64,000 bases of DNA. It comes from Actinomycetota bacterium (lineage in GTDB: Bacteria > Actinomycetota > Acidimicrobiia > Acidimicrobiales > Iamiaceae). Each line of letters opens with the position of its first letter. Within the stretch, counting starts at the first letter, position 1. Location of the stretch: contig JAHBSO010000008.1 of NCBI GenBank assembly GCA_019639075.1, positions 10,330 through 74,329 on the forward strand. Reading direction: 5' to 3'. The position numbers were made by a program, and so were the translations under genes. Positions 49,064 through 59,072 of this stretch are shown in pieces. Below the pieces are notes generated by a model. It was given only the letters and a program-made list of their open reading frames with translations, had not been told where the DNA came from and ran no database searches.

Positions 49064-50418
49064 CCGCCGTCGCCCCGGGTCGAGCGGTCGCCAACCCGAG
49101 CCCCATGGGGCGCGCCCGGCGCCGGGCCGAGCTGGGCCTGATCCTGCTCGTGCTCGTCATCATCGGGAGCGCGTACACCCTCGCCAGCCTCGGCCTCACC
49201 TCGTCGGTGCCGGCGGACATCGGGCCGTTCGTGGCCGTCATCGGTGGCCTCCTGCTCGTGGCCCACGTGGCCGTCCGCCGCCTCGCCCCCGACGCCGACG
49301 GCCTGCTCCTGCCGCTCGTCGCCCTGCTCAACGGCATCGGCTACGTGTTCATCGTCCGCCTCGACCCCGACCTGGCCGCCCTCCAGGCCACGTGGACCGC
49401 GGTCGGGATCGCCGCCTTCGTCGGCACCCTCGTCGTCGTCCGCCGAGCGCGCGACCTCGATCGCTACCGGTACACCTTCCTGCTCATCGGGCTCGCGCTG
49501 CTCGTGCTGCCGCTCGTCCCCGGGATCGGGGTGAGCATCCGTGGCGCCCGCATCTGGGCGGCGGTCGGCCCGATCCGGTTCCAGCCGGGCGAGTTCGCCA
49601 AGATCGCGTTCGCCCTCTTCTTCGCCTCGTACCTGGTGGAGAAGCGGGAGCTGCTGTCCATGGCGACGTGGCCGAAGTTCCGGCCACTGCTCCCCGACCT
49701 CAAGCACCTCGGCCCGGTGCTGCTGGCCTGGGGCGTGGCCATCCTCGTGATGACCATGCAGAAGGACCTCGGTTCGTCGCTCCTGCTGTTCGCGCTGTTC
49801 ATGTCGATGCTCTACGTCGCCACCGGCCGCCCCGCCTACCCGGCGGTGGGTGCGGTGCTCTTCGGCGTCGCCGCCTACGGGGCCTGGACCCAGTTCGACC
49901 ACGTGAAGACCCGCGTCCGGGTGTGGATCGACCCGTGGCCCGAGCAGTTCGACCGCGGCGCCCAGACCATCCAGGCCTGGTACGCCATGGCGTGGGGCGG
50001 CATCACCGGCACGGGCATCGGGCTCGGCCGACCCGACAAGGTGCCGATCGTCGAGAGCGACATGATCTTCGCCGCCATCGGCGAGGAGCTCGGCCTGCTC
50101 GGCGGCACCGCGATCCTCGTCGCCTACCTGCTCATCGTCGGGGCCGGGCTGCGGGTCGCCGTCCAGTCCGACCACGCCTTCGACAAGCTGCTGGCCGCCG
50201 GCCTCACCACGCTCGTCGGGTTCCAGGCGTTCGTGATCATCGCCGGCGTCACCCGCCTGCTCCCGCTCACCGGCGTCGTGCTGCCCTTCGTGTCCTACGG
50301 CGGCTCGGCCCTCGTCGCCAACTACGTGCTCATCGCGCTGCTGCTGCGCATCTCCGACGGCAACACCAAGCGGAACACCCGCCAGCAGATCGCCCACCAA
50401 CAGGCGTCGGGGCGCTGA
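49060..50418 (+). CDS. rodA: SEDS family protein RodA
   Basis: FQPGEFAK, QKDLG, SDMIFAAIGEELG, PLTGVVLPFVSYGGS. Confidence 0.93.
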   Translation: MTAVAPGRAVANPSPMGRARRRAELGLILLVLVIIGSAYTLASLGLTSSVPADIGPFVAVIGGLLLVAHVAVRRLAPDADGLLLPLVALLNGIGYVFIVRLDPDLAALQATWTAVGIAAFVGTLVVVRRARDLDRYRYTFLLIGLALLVLPLVPGIGVSIRGARIWAAVGPIRFQPGEFAKIAFALFFASYLVEKRELLSMATWPKFRPLLPDLKHLGPVLLAWGVAILVMTMQKDLGSSLLLFALFMSMLYVATGRPAYPAVGAVLFGVAAYGAWTQFDHVKTRVRVWIDPWPEQFDRGAQTIQAWYAMAWGGITGTGIGLGRPDKVPIVESDMIFAAIGEELGLLGGTAILVAYLLIVGAGLRVAVQSDHAFDKLLAAGLTTLVGFQAFVIIAGVTRLLPLTGVVLPFVSYGGSALVANYVLIALLLRISDGNTKRNTRQQIAHQQASGR

Positions 50419-51944
50419 TGGACCGTTCGATCCGACGCCTCGGCGTGTTCCTCATGCTGCTCTTCTGCGCGCTGTTCGCGCAGCTCAACTACATCCAGGT
50501 GTTCAACGCGGCCGAGCTCAACGACAACCCGAGCAACAGCCGGCCGATCGACGAGGCGTTCAGCCAGCCCCGCGGCACCGTCACCACCGCCGACGGGGTG
50601 ATCATCGCCCGCTCCGTGCCGATCGACTCGAAGAAGAAGTACCAGCGCGAGTTCCCCGAGGGCGACCTCTACGCCCAGATCACCGGCTACTTCAACTACT
50701 CGTTCGGGGCGACCGGGCTCGAGTCGGCCTACAACGCGGAGCTGTCCGGCCAGACCCCCGAGCAGCAGGTCCAGGACATCGGTGACCTCTTCCAGGACCA
50801 CGACAGCAGCGGGAACCTCGAGCTGAGCGTCCGCTCCGACGTCCAGAAGGCGGCACGCGACGCGCTCGGCGAGCAGCGGGGCTCGGTGGTGGCGCTCGAT
50901 CCCCGCTCCGGTGAGGTGCTCGCGCTGTGGAGCTATCCGAGCTTCGACCCGAACCCGTTGTCGGATCACGACATCGATGCGGCGTCGAAGGTGAAGACGT
51001 TCCTGGAGAACACCGACGGCGACCCGCTCCTCGCCAAGGCCTACCGGGAGATCTATCCCCCGGGCTCGACGTTCAAGATCATCACCGGCACCATCGGCGT
51101 CGAGTCGGGCAAGGTCACGCCCGAGGAGCCCGTCTACCCGACCGAGCGCAGCTTCACCCCGCCGCAGACCACCCGGCCGCTGCCCAACTACGGCGGCGAG
51201 AGCTGTGGCGGCACGCTGTTCGTCATCCTCGCCCGATCGTGCAACACGTCGTTCGCCCGCATGGGCCTCGACATCGGGGGGCCGGCGATGATCGAGGGCG
51301 CCGAGGCGTTCGGCTTCAACGAACGGCCGCCGTTCGACCTGCCGGCGGTGGCGTCGGTGTTCCCCGACCAGGACTTCAGCGACACCCAGCCCTTGCTCGC
51401 CCAGGCGTCGATCGGCCAGGGCTCGGTGGCGGCGACGCCGCTCCAGATGGCCTTGGCCGCGGCCGGGATCGCCAACAACGGCAGCGTGATGCGACCCCAC
51501 GTGGTCGACCGCGTGCTCGCCCAGGACGGCGACGTCATCCGCACCTACGGCCCCGAGGTGTGGACCGAGGCCACCGACCCGACCACCGCCGGCACCATGC
51601 GCGAGGCGATGCGACAGGTCGTTGCCAGCGGCACGGCGACCCGCCTCCAGATCCCCGGCGTCGACGTCGGCGCGAAGACCGGCACCGCCCAGTTCGGCTC
51701 GGGCGATCCACTCCGATCGCACGCGTGGGTCGTGGCCTGGGCCGGTCCGCCCGGCGAGCTCCCGGTGATCGCCGTCGCGGTGATCGTCGAGGGCCAGGAG
51801 GGGCTGAGCGAGCAGACCGGCGGCCGGGTCGCCGCGCCGATCGCCAAGGCGGTCATCGAACAGGCGCTCCAGCCGATGCCCGAACCGCCCGCCGCCACGA
51901 CGACCACGACCACGCCCGGCACCTCCACGACGGGGGGTGGGTGA
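50418..51944 (+). CDS. pbpA: Penicillin-binding protein PbpA
   Basis: PPGSTFK, SCN, KTGTAQ; coupled to rodA. Confidence 0.93.
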   Translation: MDRSIRRLGVFLMLLFCALFAQLNYIQVFNAAELNDNPSNSRPIDEAFSQPRGTVTTADGVIIARSVPIDSKKKYQREFPEGDLYAQITGYFNYSFGATGLESAYNAELSGQTPEQQVQDIGDLFQDHDSSGNLELSVRSDVQKAARDALGEQRGSVVALDPRSGEVLALWSYPSFDPNPLSDHDIDAASKVKTFLENTDGDPLLAKAYREIYPPGSTFKIITGTIGVESGKVTPEEPVYPTERSFTPPQTTRPLPNYGGESCGGTLFVILARSCNTSFARMGLDIGGPAMIEGAEAFGFNERPPFDLPAVASVFPDQDFSDTQPLLAQASIGQGSVAATPLQMALAAAGIANNGSVMRPHVVDRVLAQDGDVIRTYGPEVWTEATDPTTAGTMREAMRQVVASGTATRLQIPGVDVGAKTGTAQFGSGDPLRSHAWVVAWAGPPGELPVIAVAVIVEGQEGLSEQTGGRVAAPIAKAVIEQALQPMPEPPAATTTTTTPGTSTTGGG

Positions 51945-51997
51945 TGGCGCTGCCGTCACGGTCCTCCGCGATGGCCGTCTCGTAGGCTGGAGATCAG

Positions 51998-53602
51998 ATG
52001 TCCAACCGCGAACAGGTCGTCCTCAACGATCGCTACGAGCTCCAACGCCGGGTGGGCCGGGGCGGCATGGCCGAGGTCTTCCTGGCCCGTGACCGGCTCC
52101 TCGACCGACCGGTCGCCATCAAGATCCTGTTCCCGGAGTTCGCCACCGATCCGTCCTTCGTCGCCCGCTTCAAGCGGGAGGCGCAGGCCGCCGCGAACCT
52201 GAACCACCCGAACATCGTCGGCGTCTACGACTGGGGCCGCGAGCGGGGCACGTACTACATCGTCATGGAGTACGTCGACGGGCGCACGGTCTCGGAGATG
52301 ATCCGCAACGACGGCCCCCTCCGCCCGAAGGAGGCGGCCCGCATCGCCGCCGACGTCGCCGCCGCGCTCGGCTTCGCCCACCAGAAGGGCGTCGTGCACC
52401 GGGACGTGAAGCCCGGCAACGTGCTCATCACGAAGACCGGCGAGGTCAAGGTCGCCGACTTCGGCATCGCCCGGGCCATGACCTCCAGCGCCGAGGACAA
52501 CCTGACCCAGACCGGCTCGGTCATGGGCACCGCCACCTACTTCTCGCCCGAGCAGGCGCAGGGCAAGCCGGTCGATCCTCGCAGCGACCTGTACTCGCTG
52601 GGCGTCGTCCTCTACGAGATGGTGAGCGGCAAGCCACCGTTCACCGCCGACAGCCCGGTGGCCATCGCGTACAAGCACGTGCAGGAGCCGTTGCCGCCGC
52701 TGCGCGACCGGGTCCGGGGGATCCCGGCCGACTACGAGGCGATCACCGCGAAGGCGCTGGCCAAGGACCCCGACGACCGGTACCCGGACGGACAGGCCAT
52801 GCGGGCCGACCTGCTCCGCTTCGTGCAGGGCAAGCCGGTGCGGGCAGCGGCCGCCGCCGGACCCAAGACCCCGCCGACCGGGTCGCCGGCGGTCGCGGTG
52901 CCTCCGGTCGACCGCAAGGCGCCGCCCGAGACCACCGAGCCCCGCCGGACGGGCTGGTTCTTCGCCGCGGTGATCGGCCTGCTCGTCGTGCTGGCCGGGC
53001 TGCTGTTCCTGTTCGCCCGGGAGCTGGGCGTGTTCGACGACTCCCCGCAACGGGTCAAGGTGACCAACGTCGTCGGCGAGCAGATCGACGACGCCCGGGC
53101 CGAGCTCGAGGGCCTCGGGTTCGAGGTCGACGTCGAGGCGATCGAGTCCGACGTGCCCGACGGCCAGGTCATCGGCCAGGACCCGCCCGGGGACTCGCTG
53201 GCCGACGAGGGGTCGCTCGTGGTCCTCCAGTACTCCAAGCCGGCCGACGTGGTCGCCATCCCCGACGTCACCGACAAGACCATCCAGGCCGCGATCGCCG
53301 AGCTCAACCGGGCCGGCTTCGAGAACATCGGCCAGGAGCTGCGGGAGACCACCAACCCCGACGAGGTCGGCCGGGTCCTGTTCCAGACCCCGAGCGACGG
53401 CGAGTACCCGCTCGACACCCGGGTGACCCTCACCGTCGGCCAGGCCATCGCCACCACGACCCTGGCGCCGACCACCACGATGGCGCCCACCACGACCACA
53501 CCGCCGACGACGACGCCACCGACCACGACCACCACGGTGCCGCCGACCACGACCGCTGCACCCACCACCACGACGCCGGCGACGACGACGACCGCGCCGT
53601 AG
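51998..53602 (+). CDS. pknB: PASTA-domain Ser/Thr kinase PknB
   Basis: GRGGMAEV, HRDVKPGN, DFGIARA, GTATYFSPEQ; TM, two PASTA-like domains, Thr/Pro tail. Confidence 0.93.
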   Translation: MSNREQVVLNDRYELQRRVGRGGMAEVFLARDRLLDRPVAIKILFPEFATDPSFVARFKREAQAAANLNHPNIVGVYDWGRERGTYYIVMEYVDGRTVSEMIRNDGPLRPKEAARIAADVAAALGFAHQKGVVHRDVKPGNVLITKTGEVKVADFGIARAMTSSAEDNLTQTGSVMGTATYFSPEQAQGKPVDPRSDLYSLGVVLYEMVSGKPPFTADSPVAIAYKHVQEPLPPLRDRVRGIPADYEAITAKALAKDPDDRYPDGQAMRADLLRFVQGKPVRAAAAAGPKTPPTGSPAVAVPPVDRKAPPETTEPRRTGWFFAAVIGLLVVLAGLLFLFARELGVFDDSPQRVKVTNVVGEQIDDARAELEGLGFEVDVEAIESDVPDGQVIGQDPPGDSLADEGSLVVLQYSKPADVVAIPDVTDKTIQAAIAELNRAGFENIGQELRETTNPDEVGRVLFQTPSDGEYPLDTRVTLTVGQAIATTTLAPTTTMAPTTTTPPTTTPPTTTTTVPPTTTAAPTTTTPATTTTAP

Positions 53603-53611
53603 CCGGACGGG

Positions 53612-54208
53612 TCAGCCCACGCGGGACCAGGCGTCGACCTGGGCGAGGAAGTTGTTGACCAGGTCGTGACCGCCGACGGTGAGGATCGACTCGGGGTGGA
53701 ACTGCACGCCCTCGGTCGGCGCCTCCCGGTGACGGAGCCCCATCACGAGCCCGTCGTCGGTCTCGGCGGTGATCTCCAGCACGTCGGGCACCGTGTCGCG
53801 CAGCACGACGAGCGAGTGGTACCGGGTGGCCTCGAGCGGCTGCGGGAGGCCGGTGAACACGCCGGTGTTGCGGTGCCGGACCAGCGACGTCTTGCCGTGC
53901 ATGATCTCCGGCGCCCGGGCGACGGTGCCGCCGAAGGCCTGGCCGATGCACTGGAGGCCGAGGCAGACCCCGAGGATCGGCGTGCGCCCGGTGAAGTGCT
54001 CGATCAGCTCCATGCTCACGCCCGAGTCGTCGGGGGTGCCGGGGCCTGGGGAGATCAGGATGCCGTCGGGGTCGAGGGTGATGGCCTCGTCGAGGGTGAT
54101 CTCGTCGTGGCGGCGCACGATCGGATCGGCCCCGAGCTCCCCCAGGTACTGCACGAGGTTGTAGACGAACGAGTCGTAGTTGTCGATCACCAGCACCCGT
54201 CGGCCCAT
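53612..54208 (-). CDS. trpG: Anthranilate/aminodeoxychorismate synthase component II
   Basis: [30 protein letters not shown]. Confidence 0.93.
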   Translation of the reverse strand: MGRRVLVIDNYDSFVYNLVQYLGELGADPIVRRHDEITLDEAITLDPDGILISPGPGTPDDSGVSMELIEHFTGRTPILGVCLGLQCIGQAFGGTVARAPEIMHGKTSLVRHRNTGVFTGLPQPLEATRYHSLVVLRDTVPDVLEITAETDDGLVMGLRHREAPTEGVQFHPESILTVGGHDLVNNFLAQVDAWSRVG

Positions 54209-54246
54209 GGTCGGGACGCTACCCGCCGGTACTAACGTGTCGCACC

Positions 54247-54789
54247 ATGGCCGACGACCACAGCGACGTGGATCCCACCGAGGACACCGACACCGTCGAG
54301 GACGCTCCCGAGGATGCCGCCGACGTCGACACCGCCGAGGACGAGAGCACGGCCACGACGGACTCCGACGCCGGGAAGGCGACGAAGACCCGGAAGGAGG
54401 ACGACGCCGACGGGAAGGACGAGGCGCCGGTCGTCCGCAAGAAGGTCGTCTCGAAGCGGGTGACCCCGAAGGGTGGGGCCCGGGCCGCCTCGTCGTCCAC
54501 GTCCACCGCGTCGAAGCCGTCCTCCGGAGCGACGAGGTCGAAGCGTCGCGACGATGACGACGACGTGTCGTTCAGCAGCGGTCGCTACACGCCGCCCGGC
54601 ACGGGCTCGAAGGCGCAGCTCCCCAGCCCGTGGTGGGTGCCGGCGATGATGTTCGCCTTCCTCATCCTGGGCGCCCTGTTGATCATGCTGAACTACATGG
54701 AGGTCTTCGGCGACGCCGAGAACGTCCGCCTGATCATCGGGCTGGCGCTGATCCTGGCCGGGATCGTGACCGCCACCCAGTACCGCTGA
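54247..54789 (+). CDS. crgA: Cell division protein CrgA with acidic N-terminal extension
   Basis: YTPP...[10 protein letters not shown], two TMs, terminal TQYR; synteny with trpG-pknB. Confidence 0.85.
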   Translation: MADDHSDVDPTEDTDTVEDAPEDAADVDTAEDESTATTDSDAGKATKTRKEDDADGKDEAPVVRKKVVSKRVTPKGGARAASSSTSTASKPSSGATRSKRRDDDDDVSFSSGRYTPPGTGSKAQLPSPWWVPAMMFAFLILGALLIMLNYMEVFGDAENVRLIIGLALILAGIVTATQYR

Positions 54790-54825
54790 CGGGTTTCTCT
54801 CGCCCAAACCCCCGGTGGCCGGGGA

Positions 54826-54873
54826 GTTACACCGCTGTGACGCTCCCCAGCTTTGTCCACAACCTGGGGAAAA
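54826..54873. promoter_or_regulatory. DnaA-box cluster
   Basis: Consensus TTGTCCACA at 54853-54861; inverted degenerate TTTTCCCCA at 54865-54873; weaker box at 54841-54849. Confidence 0.7.
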
Positions 54874-54897
54874 TCTGACGTCGACCGCCAGGACCGG

Positions 54898-55161
54898 TCA
54901 GATGTCGTCGGGCGAGGTCACCAGCACCATGTCGTCCATGCAGTGTCGTGGCGGTTCGGGGACCTCGTCGTTCGCCATGGTCATCCGCACCGTGGTGGAG
55001 CAGATCGCGCACTCGTAGGTGAGGCGCACCCGCCGGAGCTCGCCCGGGTCGGGCGGCGGGGGCACCGGGCGGGCGAAGCTGCCGAGCACGGCCATGCCGA
55101 CCTTCAGGAAGACGAACCCGGCGGCCACGGCCACGGCGATCTTGAGCAGGGTGAAGCCCAC
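54898..55161 (-). CDS. Small membrane protein with putative zinc ribbon
   Basis: N-terminal TM, YECAICS...PRHCMDDM. Confidence 0.7.
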   Translation of the reverse strand: MGFTLLKIAVAVAAGFVFLKVGMAVLGSFARPVPPPPDPGELRRVRLTYECAICSTTVRMTMANDEVPEPPRHCMDDMVLVTSPDDI

Positions 55162-55249
55162 GGGTCCGAGACTACCGGAGCCCCGGTCTGGATCGACCGG
55201 GGCTCCGTGGGCACTGCAGTGATCACGGGCCGGTGGCCCGGACGTTCGA

Positions 55250-56443
55250 TCAGTCGAGGCGCTCGATGATCGTGGCGTTGGCCATGCCGGCGCCCTCGCA
55301 CATGGTCTGGAGGCCGTAGCGGCCGCCGGTGCGCTCGAGCTCGTTGAGCAGCGTGGACATGAGCTTGGTGCCCGAGCAGCCGAGCGGGTGCCCGAGGGCG
55401 ATGGCGCCGCCGTTCACGTTCACCTTGCTCATGTCGGGCGAGTACTCCTTCTCCCAGGCGAGCACGACCGAGGCGAAGGCCTCGTTGATCTCGATCAGAT
55501 CGATCTGGTCGAGGGTCATGCCGGCGTTCTCGAGCACCTTTTTGGTGGCCGGGATCGGGCCGGTGAGCATCTCGATCGGGTCGACGCCGGCGAGGGCGAA
55601 GCTGTGGAAGCGGGCCCGGGGCTTGAGGCCGAGCTCCTTGGCCTTCTCCTCGCTCATGATCAGCACGGCCGAGGCGCCGTCGGTGATCTGCGACGAGTTG
55701 CCGGCGGTGACGACGCCGTTCTCCGGGTCGAACGCGGGCTTCAGCTTGCCCAGGCTCTCGAGGCTGGAGTCGGGGCGGATGCCCTCGTCCGCGGTGACCA
55801 TCTCACCGGTCTCGGTGACGTTGCCGGTCTCGCGGTCGAAGATCTTCTCGGCGACCGGGATGATCTCGTTGTCGAACCGGCCCTCCTCGGTGGCGCGGGC
55901 GGCCCGCTTGTGGCTCTCGACGGAGAAGGTGTCGAGGTCCTCGCGGGACAGGCCCCACTTGCGGGCGATGATCTCGGCCGAGGTGCCCTGCATGACGATG
56001 CCGCCGACCGGGGCGTAGCGCTCCATGACCTTCGGGCCCATCGGGAAGCTGCCCGGGGTGACCGAGGCGCCCATCGGGGTGGTCGACATGACCTCGACGC
56101 CCGCGGCCACGACGATGTCGTAGGCCCCGGCGATGACGCCCTGCGCGGCGAAGTGCGCCGACTGCTGGGACGAGCCGCACTGGCGGTCGATGGTGGTGGC
56201 GGGGACGGTGTCGGGCCAGCCGGCGGCGAGGACGGCCGAGCGGCCGACGTTGACCGACTGGTTGCCGACCTGCATGACGCAGCCCATGATCACGTCCTCG
56301 ACCAGTGCGGGGTCGAGGTCGTTGCGCTCGACGAGCGCCTTCAGCGTCTCGGCGGCCAGGTCGACCGAGTGCCACCCGGAGAGCTTTCCGTAGCGCTTGC
56401 CACCCGGGGTGCGGACGGCGTCGACGATCACAGCGGTGGGCAT
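55250..56443 (-). CDS. Acetyl-CoA C-acyltransferase (thiolase)
   Basis: RQCGSS, NEAF, GHPLG, MCEGAG. Confidence 0.95.
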   Translation of the reverse strand: MPTAVIVDAVRTPGGKRYGKLSGWHSVDLAAETLKALVERNDLDPALVEDVIMGCVMQVGNQSVNVGRSAVLAAGWPDTVPATTIDRQCGSSQQSAHFAAQGVIAGAYDIVVAAGVEVMSTTPMGASVTPGSFPMGPKVMERYAPVGGIVMQGTSAEIIARKWGLSREDLDTFSVESHKRAARATEEGRFDNEIIPVAEKIFDRETGNVTETGEMVTADEGIRPDSSLESLGKLKPAFDPENGVVTAGNSSQITDGASAVLIMSEEKAKELGLKPRARFHSFALAGVDPIEMLTGPIPATKKVLENAGMTLDQIDLIEINEAFASVVLAWEKEYSPDMSKVNVNGGAIALGHPLGCSGTKLMSTLLNELERTGGRYGLQTMCEGAGMANATIIERLD

Positions 56444-56642
56444 GGGAGCTTCCCCTTCCGGCCCGTTCAGGGGCCGTCTCGAACTAGACCGGTCGGTCAA
56501 GTGCACGAGTCTTGTCCGCCCGACCGACCGTCGCAACCTGACCACGCGGCACGATCCGTCCGGTTCTCCTAGGGTCCACGGACCGGGGGCGCCGCCGGCC
56601 GCCGGTCGTACCAGCACGACGAGCACGTGGGAGCGCGCCGCC

Positions 56643-58433
56643 ATGACCTCCATCACCGACCGCATCGAGGGCGACACCATCGCCCGGGCGTTCCTCCGCA
56701 CCGTGGCGGCACACCCGGACGCGGTGTCGCTGCGGGAGAGGGACGGCGACGGCGGCTGGCGGGAGATCACGTGGCGGACCTACGCCGACGACGTGGCCAG
56801 GGCCGCGGCCGGCCTGCGGGACCTCGGGGTCGTTCCCGGCGACCGCGTCGTGCTGATGCTCCCGAACTCGATCCCGTTCTACGTCGTCGACATGGCCGTG
56901 CTGATGCTCGGCGCGACCCCCGTGTCGATCTACAACTCGTCGTCGCCCGAGCAGATCGAGTACCTCGTCAACCACTGCGAGGCCACCGTCGGCGTCGTGG
57001 GCGACGACTCCTTCCTCGCCCGGTTCGCCCCGGTGCGCGAGAAGCTGACGAACCTCCGATCGCTCGGCGTGGTGACGCCCGGCGAGCAGGCCCACGACTT
57101 CACGTTCGCCGACCTGCTGGCCCACGAGCCGCTCGACCTCGAGGAGGCGAGCCGGGTCGGCACCTCCGACGACCTCGCGACCGTCATCTACACGTCGGGC
57201 ACCACGGGCGACCCCAAGGGCGTCATGATCACCAACCGCAACGGCGTGTTCATGGCCGAGACCCTGAAGGGCCTGCTGCCCATCACCGACGAGGAGGCGG
57301 TCGGCAAGCGCCTCATCTCCTACCTGCCGATGGCCCACATCGCGGAGCGGGTCACCGGCCACTACCAGCACGCGATCCGGGGCTTCGAGATCACGTGCTG
57401 CCCGGTCCCCGGCGAGGTCGCGAGCTACTGCGCCGAGGTGCGGCCGCACATCATGTTCGGCGTCCCCCGGGTCTGGGAGAAGATGAACAGCGGCGTGATG
57501 GCGTTCGTGAACTCCGACCCCGAGCGGGCCGAGAAGTTCGCCCAGGCCGTCGAGGCCAGCAAGGACATCGCGCTCCGGCGCTCGTGGGGCACCGACACCG
57601 AGGAGGACCGCGCCACCTGGGAGTTCCTCGACGAGGCCGCGTTCCGGGGCATCCGCGAGCTCCTCGGGCTCGACCAGGTCATCTCGGCGATCAGCGGCGC
57701 CGCGCCGATCCCGGCCGAGCTGCTCTCGTGGTTCCGGGCCATCGGGGTGCCGCTGTCGGAGGTCTACGGCATGTCGGAGAACACCGGCGCCATGACCTGG
57801 ACGCCGGAGCGGATCAAGCCCGGCACCGTCGGCCCGGCGGTGCCCGAGACCGAGGTGCGCATCGCCGAGGACGGCGAGGTGATCTGCCGGGGCCCGCACG
57901 TGTTCGCCGGGTACCTCAACGATCCCGAGAAGACCGCCGACACCCTCGTCGACGGCTGGCTCCACTCCGGCGACATCGGCGAGATGGACGACGACGGCTA
58001 CCTCCGCATCGTCGACCGCAAGAAGGAGCTGATCATCACCGCCGGCGGCAAGAACATCAGCCCGGCCAACCTCGAGGCGGCGCTGAAACAGATCACCCTC
58101 GTGGGCCAGGCCGCGGCCATCGGCGACAAGCGACCGTTCGTGTCCGCGCTCGTGGTGCTCGACGTCGACACCGCACCGAAGTGGGCCGAGCAGCAGGGCA
58201 TCGAGTTCGAGTCGCTCGCGGACCTCGCCGGGAACGCGCAGGTGATCGCCGAGATCGAGCGTCAGCTGCCCGAGGTGATGGCCGGGTTCAACAACGCCGA
58301 GGCGGTGAAGAAGGTGACCGTGCTGGGCGAGGAGTGGCTCCCCGACTCCGACCTGCTCACCCCGACGTCGAAGCTCAAGCGCCGCGGCGTCAACGCCCGC
58401 TTCGCCCAAGAGATCGAAGCCCTCTACAACTGA
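56643..58433 (+). CDS. Long-chain fatty acid--CoA ligase
   Basis: YTSGTTGDPKGV, YLPMAH, YGMSE, SGDIG, TAGGKNI, LTPTSKLKR. Confidence 0.95.
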   Translation: MTSITDRIEGDTIARAFLRTVAAHPDAVSLRERDGDGGWREITWRTYADDVARAAAGLRDLGVVPGDRVVLMLPNSIPFYVVDMAVLMLGATPVSIYNSSSPEQIEYLVNHCEATVGVVGDDSFLARFAPVREKLTNLRSLGVVTPGEQAHDFTFADLLAHEPLDLEEASRVGTSDDLATVIYTSGTTGDPKGVMITNRNGVFMAETLKGLLPITDEEAVGKRLISYLPMAHIAERVTGHYQHAIRGFEITCCPVPGEVASYCAEVRPHIMFGVPRVWEKMNSGVMAFVNSDPERAEKFAQAVEASKDIALRRSWGTDTEEDRATWEFLDEAAFRGIRELLGLDQVISAISGAAPIPAELLSWFRAIGVPLSEVYGMSENTGAMTWTPERIKPGTVGPAVPETEVRIAEDGEVICRGPHVFAGYLNDPEKTADTLVDGWLHSGDIGEMDDDGYLRIVDRKKELIITAGGKNISPANLEAALKQITLVGQAAAIGDKRPFVSALVVLDVDTAPKWAEQQGIEFESLADLAGNAQVIAEIERQLPEVMAGFNNAEAVKKVTVLGEEWLPDSDLLTPTSKLKRRGVNARFAQEIEALYN

Positions 58434-58545
58434 CTCGGTCTCGCTCCGCTGCTTGACAGCTGGCTCGAACGACGCAATCCAGTGCTTGACAACCGTTGAG
58501 AGTTCGTAGAGCCTTCACATTGGCGGATCAACGGTGGAGTAGCTC

Positions 58546-59043
58546 ATGCGGTGGAAGTGGCGTTTCCTTTCAACATCTATCGTTGCGCTTTCGCTGACGG
58601 CGGCCACGTGCTCGCCGGAGACGGCGAACGGTGTCAACTACGGGTACATCAACGATGTCGGCGGAAATCGAGCTGCCTGCGGCAGGGTCTACTTCCAGAC
58701 CGGCGGATCGAGCGGCAACTTCTATGTCCAGGGCGTCGGGGTGACGTGGATGGAGCCAACCGCTTCGTCCGTTTGCCGAGACTCGTCCGAGACGGGAGAA
58801 CGGTACTGGTCGCAACCGGGCTACCTCGGGAACATGGGGCGGATGACGGAGAGTGGCGTGACCTGCAACTCCAAGCCGACGGGATACAACGCTAGGACCA
58901 CCGTCGCATTCCCAATGGCCGTCCGGTGCTCGAACGAGTGGGAGAACGAGCCCTATCGCCTCTACGTGAACCACTACTGGTGGTCCGCTGTGAACAACAC
59001 GTACGCGTCGGTCCAACAAACCTCGCCGATCACCACCTTGTAG
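58546..59043 (+). CDS. Secreted hypothetical protein rich in Gly/Ser/Tyr/Asn, lower GC
   Basis: GGAG RBS, signal peptide, five Cys, atypical codon usage. Confidence 0.7.
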   Translation: MRWKWRFLSTSIVALSLTAATCSPETANGVNYGYINDVGGNRAACGRVYFQTGGSSGNFYVQGVGVTWMEPTASSVCRDSSETGERYWSQPGYLGNMGRMTESGVTCNSKPTGYNARTTVAFPMAVRCSNEWENEPYRLYVNHYWWSAVNNTYASVQQTSPITTL

Positions 59044-59072
59044 ATGGGTACGGCTACGAATGGAGTCACATC

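Noticed and set aside
53453-53597. ACC/ACG microsatellite as a separate repeat element
   Set aside because: It encodes the Thr/Pro-rich tail of PknB.
54827-54840. BldD box TTAC-N6-GTGA
   Set aside because: The spacer is 6 bp instead of 5, and the site is not in a promoter region.
54826-54880. oriC itself
   Set aside because: Only one perfect DnaA box in a short gap, with no AT-rich unwinding region and no dnaA/dnaN.
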